DNA of 64,000 bases from Eledone cirrhosa (Eukaryota). The stretch is taken from positions 126,604,001-126,668,000 of the forward strand of contig OZ024743.1 of NCBI GenBank assembly GCA_964016885.1. Reading direction: 5' to 3'. The notes under the pieces are model-generated. The model saw nothing but the letters and a program-made list of their open reading frames with translations. It was not told where the DNA came from and searched no databases. The position numbers were made by a program, and so were the translations under genes. Below are positions 47,640-57,446 of this stretch, piece by piece; position 1 is the stretch's first letter; every line of letters begins with the position of its first letter.

Positions 47640-47810
47640 ATACCATAAATGAGAGAAAAAGGAAAAGAGGAACAAGGACTACTAGACAAAGGACAGGAGG
47701 AAAGGGAGAGTGTGACGGACTCTACACCTAGGTCAAAGCGGTGTTTCCACTGCGCACCGCGGACAATGACCAGCGACACCAGCTGCACAACCACTCCACC
47801 TCGCAGAGCT
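47640..47810 (-). mobile_element. Short CRE-like 3' end
   Basis: Reverse complement reads CEVEWLC...VSLVIVRG, then GGTGTAGAGTC and a pyrimidine-rich UTR also seen near 52676-52750. Confidence 0.5.
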
Positions 47811-48289
47811 CCTAATATTATTGTAGAAGTAATTTTCCGCGTTTAAATATGTACATACTTTTAATTATCCAGGGAAATTTGAATAGGTGTAAGTAAGATC
47901 TTCATAATATGATTGATACATATTTTAAAAAATACGACGTGAAATTGTCCTGTTTAATGCAATGGTATAATATAATAACACTAATGACAAAAGTGAGGTA
48001 GGGCAGTGAAACAAGTGAGTTTGAAAAATAAACGTTACATTCAAATAAAACAGTCGGTGAACTTCTTTCCTGTGACGTCATAATTATATGAAAAATCTAA
48101 ACATTGCTGGCCTTATGTCAAAAGTAGAAACAATTATTCAATGACTTCGAAGATATTTTATTCGGTAGAGCGTCGGACAACATGCTTTGCGACATATAGT
48201 TACGTCCCTTTACGTTATGAGTTCAAATCCCATGGAGCTTACGGGATTGATAAAAATAAAGTACCAGTAATGCACAGGAATCAATTTAA

Positions 48290-48826
48290 AGCATGGCTTG
48301 GATGCTGCAGGCTCGCCCTCCCAAAAGGTCAGGCGGTGCGGTATGACCATCTTCCTGTTCTGCGGTGGCAAACTCCTCTTCTGGGATGCCACTTGCAGCG
48401 ACACTTTCTCCAGCCGCAACCTGGTGCAGTCTGCGACTAACCCAGGTACTGCTGCAGGTCGGGCTGAGGAGGCCAAACTCTCCAAGTACCGGTCGCCCTC
48501 CGACAGGTTTGCGGTCGTGCTCTTGACTCTAGGGCTACCCCCCTACTCACCACCATAGGAGCTGAGCTGGCCAGCCGCAGGTGTGAGCCTCGCGAGATTG
48601 TGGCTCTTTCAGCGCATCTCCCTTACCATCCTCCGTGGAAACGCCTTCTCCATTCTGTCCGCCGCAGCTGTGGGGCGGCCAGCACGTGAGACCCATTGCT
48701 CAAAATCCAGAGAGATGGGGAGGGCGAGAGAGATGGAGGAGATGACAGTGGGAGTTTGGTTTTTCCATGTTCGGACACATTGCACCTGTCATGTGGATCA
48801 TGTGACAATTTCATTTTACTTGCAGT
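48290..48826 (+). mobile_element. CRE-like retrotransposon 3' fragment
   Basis: GKLLFWDATCSDTFS...AEEAKLSKYR...WLFQRISLTILRGNAFSILSA; 3' UTR shared with the 44460 copy. Confidence 0.8.
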
Positions 48827-49181
48827 TGTAACGGTTGTCTCCCTTGTTTGGATTAACATCTAGACGGGAGGTAGAACCCTTTCTGTAACTTCCGGTCAGA
48901 ACCCTATAAAACTAACAACTTTAAGTTCTCATTCTCTCATTGCCCTTTCGGCACCAGGCCAAGAGCCTCTCATTTGCCTTCCGGCGCCTGGCCTTAGCCA
49001 GGCGTCTTCTGCCAGCCGCGTTTGCCTGGCAATCAAAACGGTAACGACTAACTTTGTTTCATTCTTTCATCTATTTCTTTGACATTCTAACTATACTATC
49101 TACCATTGTTAATTAAATATTATCTACACAAACCATGTCTCGTTTTGTTACATTCATACAACCCAGTATCCTTGCTATACA
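48827..49181 (+). mobile_element. Solo LTR
   Basis: TGTAAC...CTATACA, CCCTATAAAA, ATTAAA; interrupts a CRE UTR that is uninterrupted in the 44460 copy. TSD ambiguous. Confidence 0.7.
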
Positions 49182-49356
49182 GTCATTCACTCACACACTC
49201 AAAAATAAAGTAAATTCACAGATGAGGTAACGAAAACTAAGTTACCTGGTAATCTGTTTTTTTTTGTCTGTTTGTTGTTGTTCTTTATTAAAATTAACAT
49301 AAAAATTAAAATTAAAATGGAATATTAGATGAAAAGAAAATATTGAGTTAAAATAT

Positions 49357-49434
49357 CGACGAAGATGAGATTCCAAGTCCGACGCGAACATCCGAATATC
49401 CGAATGGATTATCAATCCATCACCTTAACCTCGT
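49357..49434 (-). pseudogene. tRNA-Ser(GCT)-derived pseudogene
   Basis: Reverse complement ACGAGGTTAAGGTGATGGATTGATAATCCATT...GAATCTCATCTTCGTCG; A-box partly deleted. Confidence 0.7.
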
Positions 49435-49824
49435 ATTTCCGTAGAATCAGGAATACATTTCACTTGTAATAGGTAAAATGCACTATTCTAATTTTAAAAA
49501 AAATGAATATTTTTCTTCTCTGTTCAATTTTTTAATTCTCTGTATGTTTAGCTCCTCTGTTAACCCTAACCCTAACCGTAAATATATTACATTTGTTTTA
49601 ATCTTTAGTCACTTTACGGATATAAACGACGGGGGGAATTGTAGGCGGGGTTCACCGCTTGCTGAGACGCAAACTTTCACTTTTGACAGACAAAACAAAC
49701 CAGTGCCACAGTTTTTAATGACTAATCGTATAAAATAGCGGAAGTTTTTAAAACAACCATTGGAGCGTCGAGTGAGTTGAAATGTTTAGAAATATAGAAA
49801 ATCTCGAACTCAGGAAAATACATG

Positions 49825-49928
49825 TGAACACAGCTTAGAAAATCGGGTAAAATACCCCTAAAGACAGAAAAAGTGGCCACATTTTCTGTCTTTAGGGGTA
49901 TTTTACCCGATTTTCTAAGCTGCGTTCA
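49825..49928. repeat. 104-bp spacerless palindrome
   Basis: 52-bp arms centred on GTGG|CCAC, 2 mismatches. Confidence 0.95.
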
Positions 49929-50258
49929 GCGATATTTTCTACATTTTTAAATAATTGTTTCTACTGGTACTGGTACTTTATTCTATCGACCCTGTAAGGA
50001 TGAAAGGCAAAGTTGACCTCGGCAGGATTGTCCAACGCTCTACCGATACTGCCAATCGAACAATGAAAGTATTTCTTTAAAGCGACATAACAAGGAGAGA
50101 GAAAAAGAGGCGGTAGATATTAAAATAAAAAAAGGGGCAATGGGAGAAGAACTATAAATGCAATGAAAAACGAATCTTACTACAAAAGTTTCATTTGTAA
50201 TCCATTAGAAGAGAAGTTAGCATTCAATTTCTATAAAAGTTAACCATTTTCTTCAGTA

Positions 50259-50296
50259 ACTGCTAATCCAGTGGGACATTCGAATTTCATTTTCGT
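50259..50296 (+). pseudogene. tRNA-Ser(GCT) 3' fragment
   Basis: ACTGCTAATCCA (intact GCT loop)...TTCGAATTTCATTTTCGT; same 3' flank as the 51601 copy. Confidence 0.65.
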
Positions 50297-50661
50297 TCCT
50301 ACTTTAAATCAAATATTCTTTTTTCATCTAATATTCCATTCTGGAATTTTCTCAAAAGACAAGTTGAATTTAGAACATTTCTATTCGTTGTCGAGAGCCT
50401 TTTTTATTGCACCACAAACCTTGTGTATTAGATTCCTATGAAGAGTTACTGTAGGAAATATTCAAACATAATGTTTCAATATCATCTCTGGATTACTTTC
50501 ATTAATGATCAACTCTTTCGTCCAGTAGAATGAGAACGCTAAATGAATTCATTCAATCACATTTTACAAATTGTAATTATGACGTCATAGATGAGAACTT
50601 CAGTTATTTTATTGAAATGTAACGTTTATTTTTAAACTCAAAATAGAGAAAGCGGAACAAT

Positions 50662-50969
50662 TGAGTTCAAATCCCGCCGAGGTTAACTTTGCCTTTCATC
50701 CTTACGGGGTCGATAAAATAAAGTACCAGTAATGCACTGGGTAATTGCTGGCCTTGTGCCTAAAGTAGAAACAATTATATTTGTATTGGATTGGCAGTAT
50801 CAGTAGAGGGTAGGACGCCATGCTTTCCAGCATAGTTACGTCCCTTTACGATCTGAGTTCAAATCCCGCCGAGGTTGACTTTGCCTTTCATCCTTACGGG
50901 GTCGATAAAATAAAGTACCAGTAATGCACTGGGTAATTGCTGGCCTTGTGCCTAAAGTAGAAACAATTA
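50662..50969 (+). mobile_element. SINE family A tandem pair
   Basis: Near-identical copies 50662-50777 (5'-truncated) and 50787-50969, each followed by TATTTGTAT. Confidence 0.9.
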
Positions 50970-51600
50970 TATTTGTATAAAATATATACCAAACACACCA
51001 TAAAATTAAATTATGAAAATTTTACATTTTAAGAATATCTACTCACGGTAACGGACAAATTTACACCTTACATTAAATAATTGTTTCTACTTTTGACACA
51101 AGGCCAGCAATTATCTCAGTGCATTACTGGTACTTTATTTTATCGACCCCGTAAGGATGAAAGGCAAAGCTAAACTTAACCTGATTTGAACTCAGAACGT
51201 AAAGGGCCATAACTCTATGTTGCAAAGCATGGTTGATGACACTCTACCTATACTGCCAATAAATAATGTTAAGGAAATTTCTATTAACGTATTAATTCAA
51301 TCTTACTGCAAAAGTTAGATTTGTAATCTATTAGAAGAGAAGTTAGTATTCAATTTCTGTCAAAATTAACCCTCTCTAGTAACTCAGTCAGAATTCTTAC
51401 TGCAATGTCAAATATTTAAAGACAATATTCGAACACATTTTGACAAAACTCAAATACTTCTATTCCAAACCTATCCACTTTCACGTGATTCCATTTAAAT
51501 TTCCTATTTTTTTTATAGACAACACCAACCAATTCTGAGAACCTTCGTAACGCAGTGACACTTCGCGTGATTCTATCTGTAATATTTAGTGAATTCTTTT

Positions 51601-51666
51601 GAGGTGGCCGAGTGGTTATGGCGATGGAGTGTTAATCGATTGGGAAATCGAATTTCATCTTCGTCC
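51601..51666 (+). pseudogene. tRNA-Ser(GCT)-derived pseudogene
   Basis: GAGGTGGCCGAGTGGTTATGGCGATGGAGTGTTAATCGATTGGGAAATCGAATTTCATCTTCGTC; variable arm and T stem deleted. Confidence 0.8.
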
Positions 51667-51894
51667 CTACTTTAAATCAAATATTTTTCTTTCCATCTAA
51701 TATTCCAATTTACTATTAATTAAAATACGTCAATTTTAATTTAGTCATTACATTTCAACAAAGCTCGCACAATATTCCTTACAAAGACAAACGATAAAAT
51801 AAAGTACCAGTAATGCACTGGGTAATTGCTGGCCTTGTGCCTAAAGTAGAAACAATTATTACAAAAATAAATATATAGTTTTAGATAAGAACGT

Positions 51895-52025
51895 CAGCGG
51901 GTGTTACTGGCCCTTGTCCGCGGAAATGCTTTTGCAGTTTTGTCAGCGGGGTGCAGCCCCCACACCCCCGCGCCTTTCTTTACCCCTTCCCCATTTGTAA
52001 TGTTATTTATACCATAGTAAATAAA
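51895..52025 (+). mobile_element. Short CRE-like 3' end
   Basis: QRVLLALVRGNAFAVLSAG followed by a pyrimidine-rich UTR. Confidence 0.65.
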
Positions 52026-52888
52026 ATAATATAACGTCATTATGTGGAGCGAGAAAAACAAATTCTTGCTATGAAAAAATCAGGAGACTAATATTCTTTT
52101 TCGAAAAGTTGAAGATTTTCAGCTACCATATATGGAAAATGATGTATATAAATGTAAAATGATTAAATATAAGTGTGTGTGTGTGTAAACCAGCGTTCGA
52201 ATCGGAGACGCTGGTTACGAAACACGATCATTGACAACTAACGGGCAGAGAGAATCCCTTATGGTTGATTCACAACATGCTAGAAATAGCAGTCAGCATA
52301 CTCGAGATGTTTTTCTTCTTCTTTGTTTTAAAAAAAATGGGTCTCAATAAAACTTCCTGGTTATACCCTTATTCTATTGGTGTACCTACTTTACGATTGT
52401 CAGTTTTCGTTTTTGTGTGATGCTCGAAGGAACCAACCATCAAACATCTCTATTATATTATGTATAGATATGTAGCAAGCAATGGCATTAATTCATAGAT
52501 GCGGAATAATTTGGTCGTACTTTGTCACTCGCCACCCCTTAGGCTTGGCGGTGTATGAATAACAAAGTCGACTTCCACCCAGCAGTTGCTTCGCGTTTTT
52601 TTTTGTCTTCTTACCCATCAGTTGCGGCTTTCATTTCGTGGATACAAGACCTCACTAATTACATTGCCAGAATGAGGTGTAGAGTCAGTCCCTCCCTCAC
52701 TCTCGCCCTTTCCTTGTTGCTTCATTCTCTTTTTTTCTCGTCTTTCCTACAGTTTTTAATGACCGAAAGTTTATAATAGCGAAAGTATTTAAAAACAACA
52801 ACAACATATTAAACAGAGAGAGAAAGAGAACAAAAGAGGTGGTCATGTTAAAATAAAAAGGGCAACCAATATATCGAAAATTGACTCA

Positions 52889-52966
52889 CTGCTGGTCAAG
52901 CGTCGAACCTGGAATCTAATCATCCATAGTGAGTTGTGTTATGCATTTTGAATTGCGCCACAAGAC
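52889..52966 (-). pseudogene. tRNA-Arg(ACG)-derived pseudogene
   Basis: Reverse complement GTCTTGTGGCGCAAT...ATAACACAACTCACTATGGATGATTAGATTCCAGGTTCGACGCTTGACCAGC versus canonical GGTCCTGTGGCGCAATGGATAACGCGTCTGACTACGGATCAGAAGATTCCAGGTTCGACTCCTGGC. Confidence 0.7.
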
Positions 52967-53308
52967 TGTACACTGTTGCTGGGTGACTGAATATTTATAA
53001 AAACCTTTCAGATGACAGCATTTTAAAATATCATTCGAGTACTTTTTCCCCTTTAATGTCCTCCTCTTGTGCAGCAGAAGAAAATATAACTAACTAATTA
53101 AATCTTACCGAAAAACTTACATTTGTAATACATTAGAAAAAAAAGTTAGCATTCAATTTTTCCTCTAGCAACTTTGTCAGCTACAGCTTTTAATGAATAC
53201 AAGTATGAATATATTTTAACTGGAAGAGAGAAAAGGGAGAGAAGAAATATCGAATTTTAAAAAAGAGACAATGCGAGGAAGCATTTAATAAATAAAGAAG
53301 CGAATTTC

Positions 53309-53373
53309 CAGATTGCCAGGAGTCAAATCTTCTAATCCGCAATCAGACGTCATACCAATTTCGCTACAAGCCC
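53309..53373 (-). pseudogene. tRNA-Arg(ACG)-derived pseudogene
   Basis: Reverse complement GGGCTTGTAGCGAAATTGGTATGACGTCTGATTGCGGATTAGAAGATTTGACTCCTGGCA. Confidence 0.65.
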
Positions 53374-53548
53374 GTTGATGCTTCCATAGTCACTCTAAAT
53401 ATTAACAACATTTTAAATAGCATTCAAATATATTTCTTGTCAATGACAAACTTGTCCAGCAGAAAAAAGACTATTAACTAATTAATTCAATAACTTGAAG
53501 AATACAAACTGAGGGATAGAATAGATATTTTCTGAACATATGCATATC

Positions 53549-53746
53549 CGAGGGTCGGTTGAAAAGTTCATAAACTGACCAAGATACTCTCATGGAATCA
53601 CCAAATGAGGTTTATTTTTCAACATAGTCCCTGGAAATAAACAATGCAGTTATTAACAAGAAGAGTTGCAATTAATGCATGCAAGATTTCACAGCTTTAG
53701 CACCACTCCTTCACATTCAGTCTGTGAACTTTCCAGTCGAACCTCC
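53549..53746. mobile_element. mariner-type MITE
   Basis: CGAGGGTCGGTTGAAAAGTTCATA / TGTGAACTTTCCAGTCGAACCTCC|TA imperfect TIRs. Confidence 0.65.
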
Positions 53747-55565
53747 TATATAGTATGTTGAAATGTTAGAAATAACCTGCTGAATATAGGCGTATGGCTT
53801 AGTAGTTAAAGCAAGCAGGAGGTTGTGAGTTCAATTCTCGGATCGGGTGATGCATTGTGTTTTTGAGCAAGACACTTTGTCACGTTGCTCCAGTTTACTT
53901 AGCTGTAGAAATGAGTTTCGACATCACTGGTGCCAAGCTGTATCGGCCATTGCCTTTCACTTGGAAAATATCGGTGGCGTGGAGAGGGGAGACTGCTATG
54001 CATGGGCGACAGCTGGTCTACCACAAATAACCTTGCCCAGACTTGTGCCTCGGAGGGGAACTTTCTAGGTGCAAATTAAATGGTTATTCCTGACCGAAGG
54101 GAGTATAAACACACCGAGTCATAAAGCTGTTACTTTCAGAATGTATGCTCAGATATACACACTTAAAGATGTATTAAGCAATAACAGAATAGCTAGTTTT
54201 TAAAGACCATGTTGAATTGTCTTTTGGGAAAATACAATATTCTATGATTTTGTAATTTTTATGTGCCTGTTGTTAAGAAACGATTCTTCCGTTCATTTGT
54301 ACTATATTTTATTTACATTCATGAGATCTCTGACTTTATTTTAAAACGTTTTCGAAGACATTATTGGCAGAATCAGTAGAGCGTTGGAAAACATGCTTAG
54401 CGGCATAGAATTATGTCCCTTTGCATTCTGAGTTTAAATCCTGCCGAGGTTAGCTTTGCCTTTCATCCTTACGGGGTCAATAAAATAAAGTACCAGTAAC
54501 ACACTGGGGTTGATTTAATCGACTTTCCCCTGTCCCCTTCAAATTGCTGGCCTTGTGCCTAAAGTAGAAACAATAATTGGTGGTTAATAAAGAAACCATT
54601 ACTGAAGCGTTTGGACAGTTATGTTTATGTGTAATACAAATAAAGCCATTGACGACATATGAAAAACAGTGATATACAGTGAAAATCGGGAGTTTATACA
54701 GAACAGACATTAGTTTGTCTTTGTAAGGAAAATTGTGCCAGCTTTGTTGAAATGAAATGACAAGATTATATTCATACATATTTTGATTAAAATTAAATTG
54801 GAATATTAAACGAAAAGAATATATTATAATTGTTTCTACTTTAGGCACAAGGCCAGCAATTACCCAGTGTATTACTGGTACTTTATTTTATCGACCCCGA
54901 TACTGCCAATAAAGTATTATCGAAGATGGTGTAGCGAGGCTACTTGCATGGCGTCTAATAATAATCTATCCGTCCGTGATTTGGCTAAGTTAGACCAATC
55001 GTAACGGATATATATTTCAATTTCCGCCCAAACAAAGATTTTCCCGCTTCTTTTGTTTTCACAAAAGAGTTGCTGCTTTAATCGTGAAAAGGTAAACACC
55101 ATTTTTATCCTTGACGTTCGACCACTAGCCATTATGTAACGACAACTCAGCTTCAGCTTGGCCGGTACCTCGGCCAGAGATCGTGTCTTCCTCTGCTTAA
55201 AACTTTTAATTTGTTTGTTACTGTTTGTTTGACATGTCAACTCAACTTTTGTAGTCGGTTTATAAATAAACAATTTTAAAAGCCTAATTCTTCTTGCATT
55301 CATCTTTAATGCAAACAATAGATTTTCTCGCTGTAACAAATAACTAAACATTAATCCTCTTATACCTTTAATGCCAACATGCCATTACATATTCCTTTAC
55401 GGCTAACATTGCCTTCTCTCTCACTTCTACGTTACATACTCGCCATAACAAATAGCTGAACAATTCCTCGTGTTTTGAAAATAACAACAAAAATAACACA
55501 CAATACCAACATGGCATAATATTATTTTTCTGCTAAACTCCCACAAGAATTTCTCAACGAACGAA

Positions 55566-55599
55566 CAGTCCATCGCCTTAACGAGTTGGCCATCTTGTC
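55566..55599 (-). pseudogene. tRNA-Ser 5' half remnant
   Basis: Reverse complement GACAAGATGGCCAACTCGTTAAGGCGATGGACTG. Confidence 0.6.
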
Positions 55600-55788
55600 A
55601 TAAAGAACGAATAAAACAATTCAAATGTAATAAGGCAGAACTTTACTAGACAGCTTGACAGGAATCGTGCGAAAGTAGGTATTTAGCAGCATAGTATATA
55701 AATGTTATTGGGACACGAGTAACATAATAATGATGTCAACAGCAGAAATTAGAGATGAAATGTATGTTTATTTTTGTTGTAGCACAAA

Positions 55789-56176
55789 TAATTGTTTCTA
55801 CTTTTGGTACAAGGCCAGCAATTACCCAGTGCATTACTGGTACTTTATTTTATCGACCCCGTAAGGATGAAAGGCAAAGTCAACCTCGGCGGGATTTGAA
55901 CTCAGATCGTAAAGGGGCGTAACTATGCTGGAAAGCATGGCGTCCGACCCTCTACCGATACTGCCAATCCACCGCCTTGTCGCACAAATTAATTGTTTCT
56001 ACTTTAGGCACAAGGCCAGCAATTATCCAGTGCATTACTGGTACTTTATTTTATCGACCCCGTAAGGATGAAAGGCAAAGTCAACCTCGGCGGGATTTGA
56101 ACTCAGATCGTAAAGGGACGTAACTATGCTGGAAAGCATGGCGTCCGACCCTCTACCGATACTGCCAATCCACCGC
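55789..56176 (-). mobile_element. SINE family A tandem pair (full length)
   Basis: Copies 55789-55976 and 55990-56176, near-identical. Confidence 0.9.
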
Positions 56177-56186
56177 GTTAATTTGT

Positions 56187-56500
56187 ATGGTTGAAGTTAC
56201 ACATAAAATGAGGTTACAAAAGGGAATGTACCATTGTGCCAAGCCCAAGGAAGGCCGGCAGGCCAAAGTGCAAAATCTCACCGTTACATGTTGTAGGTGT
56301 TGCTCCTTCGAAGTTCAGGATGCGAGAGCTGATTCTTCAAATCCCCGCGGGGAATTTCTCCCTCAGGGCGCGTAGGGATACATTCTCTTCTACTGGCGCT
56401 GATTGACTGAGCTGAGCCAAATCATGCACAGAAAATGTATATGAGCCCGCGGAATGTAGGTCACTACAGGTAGCCTTGGAATTGCTCTTTCACATTGTCC
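56187..56500 (-). mobile_element. Diverged CRE-like 3' fragment (copy A)
   Basis: Reverse complement aligns with 56880-57030; ends LRRSNTYNM (cf. QRGNA motif). Confidence 0.5.
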
Positions 56501-56859
56501 CCTTTTAATTTAATATTATCCCTCTTCTTATTCTTTAGTTTGTTTTTATTTTTGTTGTTTCTTAAATTTTGTTTAGAGAAATGTAATCGCTTGTTTAAAC
56601 AGTCAGCTACACTAATTACTAAGAGCGAATATTTTATTTAGGCCTTCAATGTTGATGTGCGTTATTTCTCACCCACTTTCATTAGCCACTACAGCGTGTC
56701 CCGTGGGACATAATGCTGGCGTACTTGTTATTATGTTGTCCTTTTGTTGTTGCTGTTGTTTAGCACCAAGTCAGCCCTAATCAATCAGAACTATGATCGT
56801 AGGCATTCCAAGCATGACCACTGTCCTATTAGTACGTAAGATTACGTTATGCAATAGCA

Positions 56860-57062
56860 CCCGTAACGCAGAGGAGCGGAAGCTCTCAAAATACCAGGAC
56901 TTTGTAGTGACCTACATTCTGAGGGCTCTTGAATACATTCTCCGTACGTTGTTTGGCTCAGTTCAGCCAATCGCTACCAGCGTAGGGAGATGTATTTCAA
57001 CTTCTACCCTAAGGGAAAAATTCCCGCTTCTTTTCAATAAACTTTCAACGTCGTAATGCCTT
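56860..57062 (+). mobile_element. Diverged CRE-like 3' fragment (copy B)
   Basis: NAEERKLSKYQD...SVGRCIS...RE...FQRRNA. Confidence 0.55.
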
Positions 57063-57446
57063 ATGATGATATTTGCTACAACATTCCTTTTAACTGCTTC
57101 AACGGTGACTTCTCTGATACACAAACAAATATTAACATTCATAACAACACATATCTATATCCATATATCTCTCTCCTATTAACTATCATCTAACTACCAA
57201 ATAACTTCTTCTAAAACTTGACCGACCATTCCTTTTCAAGTCGTTCGCGGTCTAGACGTTTGGTATCCTCAGTTCCCGAACAACTGCTTTCCTCCGCAAA
57301 TTTGTGAAGAGTGCACTCCGCCCGAGGGAGAAGCCGCGTGAGGTGAAGTCCGACGCGGTGAGTATCACAGGCTGTCTGAAGGCAATGCTTTCGCCATTTT
57401 TTCCACTGGAATGAAAAATCTGCCACGCCTTTCCACCTTTCGTTTA

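Noticed and set aside
49560-49577. Telomeric (TAACCC)n
   Set aside because: Fewer than three units; common by chance or in transposon subtermini.
52186-52218. Hairpin AACCAGCGT/ACGCTGGTT with B-box-like GTTCGAATC
   Set aside because: No A-box or cloverleaf; a single short stem is not enough evidence.
54917-55351. 144-aa ORF
   Set aside because: No recognisable motif or splice context; length is compatible with chance.
56278-56506. Plus-strand Pol III ncRNA (7SK/MRP-like) or type II hammerhead: PSE-like TCACCGTTAC, GGATG start, terminal stem, TTTT
   Set aside because: MRP motifs are in the wrong order, PSE spacing is too short, and hammerhead cores are not matched. The region is better explained as the reverse complement of the CRE-like copy at 56860.
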